Positions 8,091 through 16,285 of a stretch of DNA of 20,000 nucleotides are shown here, one piece after another. Under the pieces are notes generated by a model. That model worked only from the letters and a program-made list of their open reading frames with translations. It had not been told where the DNA came from and searched no databases. Positions within the stretch are counted from its first letter, which is position 1, and every line of letters starts with the position of its first letter. Made by a program: the position numbers and the translations under genes. The stretch is from an uncultured virus (IMG/VR IMGVR_UViG_3300030101_001550) (lineage: Duplodnaviria; Heunggongvirae; Uroviricota; Caudoviricetes): the IMG/VR virus record IMGVR_UViG_3300030101_001550, one strand, 5' to 3'.

Positions 8091-9121
8091 AAGTTTTAGT
8101 AACAGGGTTTACCTCTAAAGGTATTGGAACTAATAAAAATGTACTAGAAATAGCAACAGCAGCAAACTGTTTGCCTAGAGCATTAAGAGAATGTGGAATA
8201 GAAGTTGATCATAGAGTAGTAGTGCCTGGCGATGATATATCAGAATACGATAAAGTTGTTGTATTTGCATTTGCCCCTAATTCTTTACCGTCATCTTATT
8301 TGTATGGAGGTCTTTACACTTTATTAAAAAGACCTGACGCATATATTGCATTAGATGATTGGCAAACTAGAGATATACCTAATGGTTGTAGAACTTTTGC
8401 ACGTGAAGATCATTGGCGATTATGGAAAAGAGTAAGCAAAGCAGGTAATTCTGTAGGTAAAAAATTCTTTGACGAAGCACAGCCTTATAAAAAAGAAATG
8501 GAAGATTTAATTACAGAACTAGGTTTTAAGAAATGGAACTTTAAAGTATTAGCACCAATGTACGATGGTGGGGATAGTAGTCAGTTAGGAATAGATTGCG
8601 AAAAAATAATACCCTGGGATCCTACACCTGTTACTGATAGTTATAAAGAAAAAAGAAACAGTTTATTCTCTGCATTAGAACATACTGGTCCTAAAGAAAG
8701 AGAATGGATTATGGCTTCTCTTATACAAAAACAAAGTTGGCTTAATCGTCAAAACTTTACTTGGAAAGTAACTGGATATGGTAACGTAAATCTAGGCCAG
8801 CAACGAATCACAGAGCCAGAATTGTATAAAGAATACTTACGAGTAAGAGGAATACTTATACCTCCACACTATCATACGATAAAAGGTAGTGGCTGGTGGA
8901 GAGTTCGTTATGGAATGATAGCAGACGCAGGTTGCATAGCTTATGGCGATTTAGAAGAAACAAAACTATTTGGTTATTCTTACAAGATTAGAAATAACGA
9001 TATTGAGTACATGTCAGATAAAGGTTTAGATGACTTGGCTCAAGCACAAAAAGAAGATTTTATTTCTACAGTGTGGAATAAAAATAGATTAAATACGTTT
9101 ATCGGAGATAATTTTTTATGA
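8087..9121 (+). CDS. Putative GT-B glycosyltransferase, T4 DNA beta-glucosyltransferase-like
   Basis: 344 aa from ATG 8087 (ATGA overlap, GGAG 8074-8077). Collinear segments resemble T4 BGT as recalled from memory: MKVLVT, LRECGIEVD, DISEYDKVVVF, YIALDD, VTGYGN, GILIP...VRY..IADAGCIAYGD, AQAQKE. Confidence 0.6.
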   Translation: MKVLVTGFTSKGIGTNKNVLEIATAANCLPRALRECGIEVDHRVVVPGDDISEYDKVVVFAFAPNSLPSSYLYGGLYTLLKRPDAYIALDDWQTRDIPNGCRTFAREDHWRLWKRVSKAGNSVGKKFFDEAQPYKKEMEDLITELGFKKWNFKVLAPMYDGGDSSQLGIDCEKIIPWDPTPVTDSYKEKRNSLFSALEHTGPKEREWIMASLIQKQSWLNRQNFTWKVTGYGNVNLGQQRITEPELYKEYLRVRGILIPPHYHTIKGSGWWRVRYGMIADAGCIAYGDLEETKLFGYSYKIRNNDIEYMSDKGLDDLAQAQKEDFISTVWNKNRLNTFIGDNFL

Positions 9122-9756
9122 GAGATGTAAGCGATATAATCAAAGGTATAATTATAATAGAAGGTGCAGACTGTACTGGTAAAACTACTCTTGCTAAATA
9201 TCTATGCGATAAATTTAAAGCAAGATATATGCATTTAAGAATACATAAGAAGATGGAGATATGGCATACTGCAACTGTTCGTAGAGCAATAAGACTTGCT
9301 AAAAAAGAATTAGTTGTAATAGATAGACACTGGCCATCAGAAGAAACTTATGCTTACGAAAGAGCAGACGGTCCAGAATATAATCCTAAAGAATTATACA
9401 AAAAACTAAAAGAAGCAAATACTTTATATGTGTGGTGTGCACCTGAAGATAGCAGTAAAGTTATTAACATGCATAAGAATAAAAAACTAGAACGTCACGA
9501 AGAATACAGTGACATATCCAAAGTTGTAGAGAGATATAGACGTTCATGGTACGGTAATAATAACGAACATAAAAACTTCTTATCATCTCTCGGTATGTTA
9601 AAAGAAAGGTCTAACTTTATTCGCTACGATGTATTTAAAGAAGGTAGCATGATAGACGTAAAAGTATATACGATAATAAATAGATTACGATACTTGAAAG
9701 GAGAATGCCCATGGAACGAATCGATGTCAAACTTTCCGCTGACAATGAGTGGTTAG
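9118..9756 (+). CDS. dNMP (thymidylate-kinase-like) kinase
   Basis: P-loop IIIEGADCTGKTT, VIDRHWPSE (TMPK DR motif); adjacent to the TS-like gene. Confidence 0.8.
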   Translation: MRDVSDIIKGIIIIEGADCTGKTTLAKYLCDKFKARYMHLRIHKKMEIWHTATVRRAIRLAKKELVVIDRHWPSEETYAYERADGPEYNPKELYKKLKEANTLYVWCAPEDSSKVINMHKNKKLERHEEYSDISKVVERYRRSWYGNNNEHKNFLSSLGMLKERSNFIRYDVFKEGSMIDVKVYTIINRLRYLKGECPWNESMSNFPLTMSG

Positions 9757-10538
9757 ATGCTATTAAAGATATAAATCATGGTAAGTGGACAAGACCACGT
9801 GGTTTAGAAACACTTGAAAAAATAAATCATACTACAATGTGCGATATGAGATATCCCGTTATAACTAACAAAAAGAGAGAACTTGGCTACAGGTTTATGG
9901 TAGCAGAAGCACACTGGATTCTTACTGGAAATAATAAATTATCTACAATAAAACCTTTCTCTAAAAACATAGCTAGATTTAGCGATGATGGTTATTTCTT
10001 TAGAGGAGCATATGGTCCTAAGATAGTTGATCAACTTCAGTACGTGTGTAGAATATTAAATGACGATATAAATACACGTCAAGCTGTTATAAATATATGG
10101 AGAGAAAGTCCTTACGATACTGACGATGTACCCTGCACTATCTCTTTTCAATTTCTTATTAGAGAGAACAAACTAAATGTTATCGCTAATATGCGTTCAA
10201 ACGATTTATGGCTAGGTTGGCCTTACGATAATTTTAACTTCTCAATGCTAGGTGCGTATGTCGCATTACTTATGTGGGATATTTATAGAATGGATTTAGA
10301 CTTAGGAGTTACTGTAATCAATGCTGGCTCTCGTCATTTATATCAATCTGATCATGATAAAGCTTTAGAATGTGTAAAAGCAGGAGAGAATGATTTCTAT
10401 GATTATAGACCTTTAAACATTAAAGATTTTAGAAATAGCATGAGTACGAGTGCTAATAATCTTCTTGATCATCTAGCTTACTGTACTGAGGGTTGGAAAG
10501 CCGATAGTCAGTTCTTACACGAGTTCTTTGAGATATGA
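9711..10538 (+). CDS. Thymidylate-synthase-fold enzyme, probable dCMP hydroxymethylase-type
   Basis: AEAHW, FSDDG...GAYGP, TRQA, catalytic PCT (Cys codon 10134), MRSNDLWLGWPYD with Asp (10227-10229) at the TS Asn177-equivalent position, SRHLY. The RBS AAAGGAG spacing favours ATG 9711 over 9705. Confidence 0.85.
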   Translation: MERIDVKLSADNEWLDAIKDINHGKWTRPRGLETLEKINHTTMCDMRYPVITNKKRELGYRFMVAEAHWILTGNNKLSTIKPFSKNIARFSDDGYFFRGAYGPKIVDQLQYVCRILNDDINTRQAVINIWRESPYDTDDVPCTISFQFLIRENKLNVIANMRSNDLWLGWPYDNFNFSMLGAYVALLMWDIYRMDLDLGVTVINAGSRHLYQSDHDKALECVKAGENDFYDYRPLNIKDFRNSMSTSANNLLDHLAYCTEGWKADSQFLHEFFEI

Positions 10539-12403
10539 GTTTATTTTCGCCTAGCAGCGATTGGAAACCTAGAGAAATATTAATTGATTATTCTAACTCT
10601 AAATACATTGCTGTAGACACTGAAACATACGACCCTAATCTAAAGAGTAATGGACCTGGTGGTTTTAAGAAAGATGGATTTGTAGTTGGCATATCTCTAT
10701 GCGATGAGCATAATAGAATGTGTTACTTGCCGATACGCCATCAAGGAGGCGGTAATCTTCCTGAAGAACTAGTCATATCGTATTTAAAAAACGTCCTTGA
10801 GAACTCTAAAACGAAAGTATTTGCGAATGCTCTCTATGATTTAGAGTGGCTATCAACTTTAGGAGTAAATACTCAAGGAAGCATATTCGATATTCAAGTT
10901 GCAGAAACATTGATAAACGAGAATAGAAAATCATTCTCTCTTGATAACATATCATACGATTACTTGAGAGAGAAAAAAGACGAAACATTATTAGAAGATG
11001 CGGTCCGAAGCATGGTATCTGCGAGGGCTAACGTAAAACAAAACTTGTGGAAATTACACTCGTCATACGTTGGTCCTTACGCAGAGAAAGATGCTGAGTT
11101 GACTATGAGAGTATTTTTATTGCAACTACCGATACTTGAGAAAGAGGAATTAACAAAAGTCATGAAGATAGAATCAAGGCTCATCCCTCTATTATTGTCT
11201 ATGAGACAGAAAGGTGTTCGTGTTGATATTGAGAAAGCAGCGAAGCTTCGGGATACGCTAGTTAAAAAACAAGATCAAGTTCAAGCAGAACTTAATTCGA
11301 TAGCAGGTCAAGAAGTAAATGTATGGGCTAATGCAAGTATTGCGAAAGCATATGAAAAAGAAAACATAACTTTCTTGCGAACTGCAAAAGGCTCGCCATC
11401 ATTTACACAAGACTGGTTAGAGAGTGCACAAGATAACTTGAGTGGTTTAGTTTTAAAAGTGCGTAAACTGTATAAGTTGAGAAGTACATTCATTGAGAAC
11501 ATGATTATTGGAAAATCAGTAAATGGTAGAATACATAGTCAATTACATTCTACAGGAACAGTTACGGGTAGATTCAGTTCATCACATCCTAATTTGCAAC
11601 AAGTACCTGCTCATGATCCTGAGTTAGCGCCTTTGGTGCGAGGTCTATTTATTCCTGAAGATGGACACGAATGGGTATGTGTAGATTATGCACAACAAGA
11701 GCCTAGACTTCTTGTACACTTTGCAAGTCAGACGAATAATGAATCAGCAAAATTGGCACAAAATCAGTACAAAAATGATACATCTACAGACTTTCATACT
11801 ATGGTTGCGAACATGGCAAAAATCAAGAGAAAACAAGCAAAAACTATAAATCTTGGACTTACATATGGCATGGGAAAAAAGAAATTAGCAGCAGAATTAG
11901 GACTATCGTATGATGATGCAGAAATGTTATTTGAGAAGTATCATCGTAACGTGCCTTTCGTTCAAGCATTAAATAATCAAGTTGTGGCACTCGCTTCTTC
12001 TCGTGGATACATTAGAACATTATTAGGTAGACGCAGACATTTTAATTTGTACGAGCCAGGTGGTTGGGATAACTTTGGTAAGCCTGCTTATCCTTATGAA
12101 AAAGCAAAAGAAGTGTATAAAGATTTGCCATTGAAAAGAGCATATACACATAAAGCTTTGAATTGTTTAATACAAGGATCAGCTGCTGATGTTACAAAAG
12201 CTGCGATGTTAGAAGTATGGGATAACAAAGTTATGGACATAGGACTAACGATACATGATGAGTTAGATTTTTCTGTGCCTAAAAGCAAAGAGGGAGAAGA
12301 AAAATTAAAAGAAGTTGTACACTTAATGAAAAATGCAGTAAAGTTAAATGTACCTTTACAGGTAGACGTAGAAAGAGGAGCCAGTTGGGGAGAGATTAAG
12401 TGA
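10535..12403 (+). CDS. polA: Family A DNA polymerase with 3'-5' exonuclease domain (Leu762 type)
   Basis: DTET exo I, TGRFSSSHPNLQQVP, motif A DYAQQEPR, motif B RKQAKTINLGLTYGMG, IQGSAAD, motif C IHDEL. Confidence 0.95.
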   Translation: MSLFSPSSDWKPREILIDYSNSKYIAVDTETYDPNLKSNGPGGFKKDGFVVGISLCDEHNRMCYLPIRHQGGGNLPEELVISYLKNVLENSKTKVFANALYDLEWLSTLGVNTQGSIFDIQVAETLINENRKSFSLDNISYDYLREKKDETLLEDAVRSMVSARANVKQNLWKLHSSYVGPYAEKDAELTMRVFLLQLPILEKEELTKVMKIESRLIPLLLSMRQKGVRVDIEKAAKLRDTLVKKQDQVQAELNSIAGQEVNVWANASIAKAYEKENITFLRTAKGSPSFTQDWLESAQDNLSGLVLKVRKLYKLRSTFIENMIIGKSVNGRIHSQLHSTGTVTGRFSSSHPNLQQVPAHDPELAPLVRGLFIPEDGHEWVCVDYAQQEPRLLVHFASQTNNESAKLAQNQYKNDTSTDFHTMVANMAKIKRKQAKTINLGLTYGMGKKKLAAELGLSYDDAEMLFEKYHRNVPFVQALNNQVVALASSRGYIRTLLGRRRHFNLYEPGGWDNFGKPAYPYEKAKEVYKDLPLKRAYTHKALNCLIQGSAADVTKAAMLEVWDNKVMDIGLTIHDELDFSVPKSKEGEEKLKEVVHLMKNAVKLNVPLQVDVERGASWGEIK

Positions 12404-12816
12404 GTGAAAAAAATTTATGGACATCTTGTAGAAAGAAATGGCCAGATATATTTTTACAAAGAATTGAAACTGCAGTAGAACGAGGGATACCAGATTTGTT
12501 TTATTGTTACCAAGGACTAACAGGTTGGCTTGAAGGTAAGTATCTCGATAAACCTGTACATGAAACAAGCAAGTGTAGGACGAAAGTATCAGTAGAACAA
12601 ATCGCATGGCACAGATCATTTCGCCGTAATAAAGGTGCGGTATTTCTTCTAGTAAAAGTATCGAAAGAAGTTTTTTTATTCGACAGTGGCGAAGCAGAGA
12701 AGCTTAATTCTGGCGTTGTTTATAAAAATTTAAAAGATTTATCTTTAGCGCAAGGGTGGGATAAAATAAGAGATTTTTTGATCAATAAAGAAAATTACTG
12801 TATTAATGATAACTAA
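12400..12816 (+). CDS. PD-(D/E)xK nuclease (VRR-NUC/Holliday-junction resolvase-like)
   Basis: GTG start overlaps the polA stop; MSE...RIE...GIPD...WLEGK...QIAWH pattern. Confidence 0.75.
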   Translation: MSEKNLWTSCRKKWPDIFLQRIETAVERGIPDLFYCYQGLTGWLEGKYLDKPVHETSKCRTKVSVEQIAWHRSFRRNKGAVFLLVKVSKEVFLFDSGEAEKLNSGVVYKNLKDLSLAQGWDKIRDFLINKENYCINDN

Positions 12817-12830
12817 AATTTTATATTATA
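12798..12830 (+). promoter_or_regulatory. AT-rich early-type promoter candidate
   Basis: TGTATT-N17-TATATT followed by RBS AGAAAGGA; same layout as the elements at about 14480, 16761, 17151, 19197 and 19879. Confidence 0.45.
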
Positions 12831-12858
12831 AAATAAGTACAGAAGAAAGGATAAACCT

Positions 12859-13611
12859 ATGAGTATGGAAAATATAAAAAGCAAGATAGCAAAACTTATT
12901 GCTTTATCTCAAGACGAGGGCGCTAGTGAGCAAGAAGCAGAACTAGCTACTCAACGTGCTTTAGAGTTATTGTCTAAATATAATCTCAGTATGTCCGATG
13001 TTCGAACTAACGATGAGTTCCAAGACATAGAGCAAACTAAGATTATGGAAGTTCTTCGTGACGAGTGGATTAAGAGTTTATACTCAGCTAACTGTAAATT
13101 GTATTTCTGTAAATACTATTACACGAATAAGTTAGATGCTAAGTATAAAACAGCTACCGAGCATAATATTGTCGGTAGACCTCATAATCAACTAGTAGCG
13201 AGAGAGATGACTCAGTATCTTATTAAGACAGTTAAGAAATTAAGTGAAGAGCACACTTTACCGATTCCAGGCGATAAACGGACGATCAATAAGATTAGGC
13301 GTAATTTCGAGCTTGGTTGTGCGCATCGAATTGTATCTCGAATACATACTTTGGCGGCACAGAAGATGGCTGACGATGGCAGCGACAAGTTAGAAAACAA
13401 GTCGTCTGGAAACACTCTACCAGCTTTGTATAAGTCAGAACTAGCTTTATGCGAAGATTTTCTACAAAAAGCTGGAATTCGTCTAAGTTCGGGTAGAAGT
13501 CGTTCAAATGTTACGTCAAACGAAGCATATAGAAGGGGCCAAAGCGCCGGAAATAGTGTAAGTTTAAATACACAAATAAAGGGGGCGGCATCACGACATC
13601 TTCTGAATTAG
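12859..13611 (+). CDS. DUF2786-like domain protein
   Basis: N-terminal KIAKLIALS...EAELATQRALELLSKYNL and C-terminal AYRRGQSAG are characteristic of DUF2786 proteins; strong RBS. Confidence 0.75.
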   Translation: MSMENIKSKIAKLIALSQDEGASEQEAELATQRALELLSKYNLSMSDVRTNDEFQDIEQTKIMEVLRDEWIKSLYSANCKLYFCKYYYTNKLDAKYKTATEHNIVGRPHNQLVAREMTQYLIKTVKKLSEEHTLPIPGDKRTINKIRRNFELGCAHRIVSRIHTLAAQKMADDGSDKLENKSSGNTLPALYKSELALCEDFLQKAGIRLSSGRSRSNVTSNEAYRRGQSAGNSVSLNTQIKGAASRHLLN

Positions 13612-13634
13612 ATTATGATATAACAAAACGACCG

Positions 13635-13901
13635 ATGGTACGTATCACGTGGAAAGACGCACGTGATATGGAAACCGGTTGGCTTGATATAAAAGATATT
13701 AAAGACGCACCTCTTGCAACGTGTCAAGAGGTGGGTTATTTAATCGTAGACAACAGTGAGAAAGTAGTTGTCATGCGTTCTTGGTGTACTGACAAGGGCG
13801 ACAATCATGGAGGCGGCGTGGTTGCTATTCCTGCTGGTTGGATAGAGAAAGTTGAGTACCTTAAGGTAGATTACATATTACATAAATCAGACCGAGACTA
13901 G
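13635..13901 (+). CDS. Conserved phage hypothetical protein
   Basis: VRITWKDA...GW...CQEVGYLI...IPAGWI pattern common in small beta-rich phage proteins. Confidence 0.7.
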   Translation: MVRITWKDARDMETGWLDIKDIKDAPLATCQEVGYLIVDNSEKVVVMRSWCTDKGDNHGGGVVAIPAGWIEKVEYLKVDYILHKSDRD

Positions 13902-13928
13902 ACAATTTTTTTGTGGTAAAGATTATCT

Positions 13929-14174
13929 ATGTCTTTCATATTCGAATGTAACGTTAGTGTTACATACATGGATTTTAATGATAAGGTAAAAGTATTTCAA
14001 TTTAAGGAATACGATAAACCTGAAGCATATCCTCGTATCATGAGCACTGTTAATGTAATACACGAATGTAGTTACATTATGGATATTAACATAAAACCAA
14101 ATAAGTCAAAGAAGATGCCTGAGTATCCTTTTTCTTTAGAATTAATAGATAAAGGATCAGTCGTTTTTCATTGA
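13929..14174 (+). CDS. Hypothetical protein
   Basis: 81-aa ORF with AAAGGA RBS. Confidence 0.6.
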   Translation: MSFIFECNVSVTYMDFNDKVKVFQFKEYDKPEAYPRIMSTVNVIHECSYIMDINIKPNKSKKMPEYPFSLELIDKGSVVFH

Positions 14175-14203
14175 GTATATAATAAGAAAACGAAAGGAAG
14201 CAG

Positions 14204-14482
14204 ATGAGCGGTATAACATATGCGAGTAAAGATAACCTCTTGCTATTAAACGAACACAATAAAAAGAATTTTAACCATGGCTATGCGCCAGAAGAATTTG
14301 TACAGCTAAGTGATAAGATAAATTACCCTGTAGTTGAGATAAAGAAAACACGAAAATCAGAGGATTATAAAGTCATGCATTTTATGTTAGACGATAAAGG
14401 TAAGTTTTGCGTCTTTTACGTTAATCAATATTTATTTGAACAGCTAAACTCTATGGAAATACCATCAAGATTAGTAAATTAA
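14204..14482 (+). CDS. Hypothetical protein
   Basis: 92-aa ORF, GAAAGGA RBS, TATAAT just upstream. Confidence 0.65.
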   Translation: MSGITYASKDNLLLLNEHNKKNFNHGYAPEEFVQLSDKINYPVVEIKKTRKSEDYKVMHFMLDDKGKFCVFYVNQYLFEQLNSMEIPSRLVN

Positions 14483-14520
14483 TTGTATATATTGTAATAA
14501 ATTTATCGTAATATTATATA
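14480..14520 (+). promoter_or_regulatory. AT-rich promoter candidate
   Basis: TAATTGTATATATTGTA (14480-14496) is identical to 17151-17167; followed by TAATATTAT and RBS GAAAGGA. Confidence 0.5.
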
Positions 14521-14543
14521 TGATTAGCGAGAAAGGATAAATT

Positions 14544-14870
14544 ATGGCTAACAAAACTAAAACGTATATTACAATTCAACCTGACGGTAAGGTAGAAAAA
14601 CACGAAAACGTTGCATGGGAACTGAAAGACTTGCAGAAAAACGTTGGCGGTGGCTACATAGAAGGAGTCACTTTTAAAATTCAAGGTAAGAATTATAGAG
14701 GTTGGGCTAACGAAGAAGGATTGTTAAAACGATTTCCTGTTAATAGTAAAGCGAGTCATTATCGTGCAGCATATTATGGCATAAATAAGGAAAACCCTAT
14801 GTATATAGAATATACTTTGGTTGGTCCTATTATTGTCGAGGACTTTAGAGGAGACGAAAAGTTAGTATGA
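14544..14870 (+). CDS. DUF3846-like protein
   Basis: LKDLQKNVGGGYIE, WANEEG, VNSKAS, LVGPII motifs; strong RBS. Confidence 0.7.
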   Translation: MANKTKTYITIQPDGKVEKHENVAWELKDLQKNVGGGYIEGVTFKIQGKNYRGWANEEGLLKRFPVNSKASHYRAAYYGINKENPMYIEYTLVGPIIVEDFRGDEKLV

Positions 14871-14989
14871 TTACAAACATTTTATTAGGGCTAATACTTT
14901 TAGCCCTAGTGTTTAACGGCTTTATGATATTTGTTATCGGTAAGATGATAGATGAACGAGTAGGAGATGAAAACAAAAAACGTAGATGA
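14867..14989 (+). CDS. Single-TM small protein (40 aa, MITNILLGLILLALVFNGFMIFVIGKMIDERVGDENKKRR)
   Basis: ATGA overlap with the upstream stop; about 24 hydrophobic residues followed by a charged tail. Confidence 0.6.
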   Translation: MITNILLGLILLALVFNGFMIFVIGKMIDERVGDENKKRR

Positions 14990-15437
14990 CATTTTAGAAA
15001 TACCCGAGTGGTTAAGAAAACTAAACCCAGGTCCGAAATGGCAGTATTATCCTGGCGAGAAAGTCGTCACGAAAAGAAAAAGGGATAATGGAGAAATAAT
15101 AATTACCGAAAGGTGGATAAAGAGACCTTACTGGCTTGTTAACGGAGTTCCCGAGCATGAGTATTACAAGAAAGAAAAGAAATCATTCGTAGTTTCTGAG
15201 TCAAAACCTAAGAAAAGTAATGGCAAACAACGAGAACGATGGCTCACGGACATCATACGAAAGACGGGACCGATTGGAACTAAAACATTATACAAATATT
15301 TACACGAACATAAACTAGAGCCACACGAAGGGTTTTTATCTCACTCGAATTACCAAGCACATATGAGAAGTATTTTGATAAGATTGAAAAGAAAAGGTAT
15401 ACTTGGTAAGAAAAAAAGTAAATATATAATTAGATAA
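14967..15437 (+). CDS. Basic hypothetical protein, possible C-terminal winged helix
   Basis: AGGAG upstream; LEIPEWL N-terminal motif; C-terminal IIRKTGPIGTKTLYKYL...RSILIRLKRKGIL resembles a wHTH. Confidence 0.65.
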   Translation: MKTKNVDDILEIPEWLRKLNPGPKWQYYPGEKVVTKRKRDNGEIIITERWIKRPYWLVNGVPEHEYYKKEKKSFVVSESKPKKSNGKQRERWLTDIIRKTGPIGTKTLYKYLHEHKLEPHEGFLSHSNYQAHMRSILIRLKRKGILGKKKSKYIIR

Positions 15438-15483
15438 TCGAAAAAGGTAGTATTTGACTAGTTGTTACCTGTAAGATTATCTG

Positions 15484-15600
15484 TGAGTCACGCTGGTTTG
15501 CTCCCGGCGTGCTTATTAGTAGCGCAACGATGGACCAGGGCTGGCGTTCTCCTTTAGCTAGGGTTCGGCGGGTAATACCGCTTTACCAGTCCGTCTGTCA
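15484..15600 (+). ncRNA. Candidate structured RNA or 5' leader (hairpin plus three-way junction)
   Basis: GC-rich intergenic island: CACGCTGG/CCGGCGTG stem; GATGGAC/GTCCGTC encloses CTGGC/GCTAG and GGCGG/CCGCT. G-U pairs favour the + strand. Confidence 0.5.
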
Positions 15601-15615
15601 TGTAGAAAGGATTTT

Positions 15616-16143
15616 ATGAATATCTTTTATTTACACAAAGACCCGATACAAGCTGCAGAGTGGCATTGCGATAAGCACGTTTGTAAGATGATTATCGAGT
15701 CTGCTCAAATGCTTAGCATCGTAACACGTCAGAAAAATATTGACTTAGGGTATAATATGTCTACCACAGGTGCTTTCTCCAAGCATCCACAAACTATATG
15801 GGTAGGTAAAAGTGGCGAACATTTCGAATGGTTAGTATGGCTAGGTATAGCTTTATGCAGACAATATAAATTTAGATACGACAAAGTACATAAGACTAGT
15901 AAACTAATGACTGACTTCTTCATGTTATTAAATGACGACTTTTATCACAAGTTCGAAGAACAAGGGTTCAGGGATCCTCCTCAATGTATGCCAGAAGAAT
16001 ACAAAAGAGATACGACAATAGAAGGTTATAAAAACTTCTACATCCAAGAAAAGTCTAGATTTGCCAAGTGGTATGGTGGCTACGATAAAGCACCGCCATG
16101 GTGGCCTGAAGATAAAAAGGTTTTAAATGTTACTAAAAAATAG
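15616..16143 (+). CDS. Pyrimidine-dimer DNA glycosylase (DenV/endonuclease V)-like family protein
   Basis: MNIFYL...AAEWHCDKHVCKMIIESAQMLS, HPQTIW, LCRQYKFRYDKVH, PPQCMPEEYK, YKNFY..EK, PPWW. Confidence 0.7.
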   Translation: MNIFYLHKDPIQAAEWHCDKHVCKMIIESAQMLSIVTRQKNIDLGYNMSTTGAFSKHPQTIWVGKSGEHFEWLVWLGIALCRQYKFRYDKVHKTSKLMTDFFMLLNDDFYHKFEEQGFRDPPQCMPEEYKRDTTIEGYKNFYIQEKSRFAKWYGGYDKAPPWWPEDKKVLNVTKK

Positions 16144-16154
16144 TATTATTTCTT

Positions 16155-16285
16155 ACTTGTTGAAACGATATATACAAGTTAGCCAGGTAGCCTCAAGCAG
16201 ACGTGCATAGTAACTTTATGTTAGGGTTGAAAACCGTAGCCGCTCAGGAAAAATAAGATTGCCTGATGCTAAAAAACCGGGGCCA
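16155..16285 (+). ncRNA. Candidate multi-stem structured RNA
   Basis: Stems ACTTGT/ACAAGT, GCATAG/TTATGT, GGTT/AACC, TAGC..TCAGG/CCTGA..GCTA, with possible closing GCCTC/GGGGC; no ORF here. Confidence 0.35.

Noticed and set aside
9711..10538. Calling this gene thyA (ordinary thymidylate synthase)
   Set aside because: Asp at the Asn177-equivalent position and the kinase/GT/MazG neighbours argue for a dCMP-modifying enzyme.
14886..14910. Hairpin TAGGGCTAA/TTAGCCCTA as a terminator
   Set aside because: It lies inside a likely coding micropeptide and lacks a proper U-tract; an RNA-processing role is possible but unsupported.
15520..15600. tRNA or hammerhead ribozyme
   Set aside because: No cloverleaf with a TTCRA loop and anticodon arm, and no CUGANGA/GAAA core on either strand.
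16225..16285. SAM-II/SAM-V riboswitch, suggested by GCTAAAAAA
   Set aside because: The conserved upstream UGAUUU/UUUGAAC segment and pseudoknot pairing could not be found.
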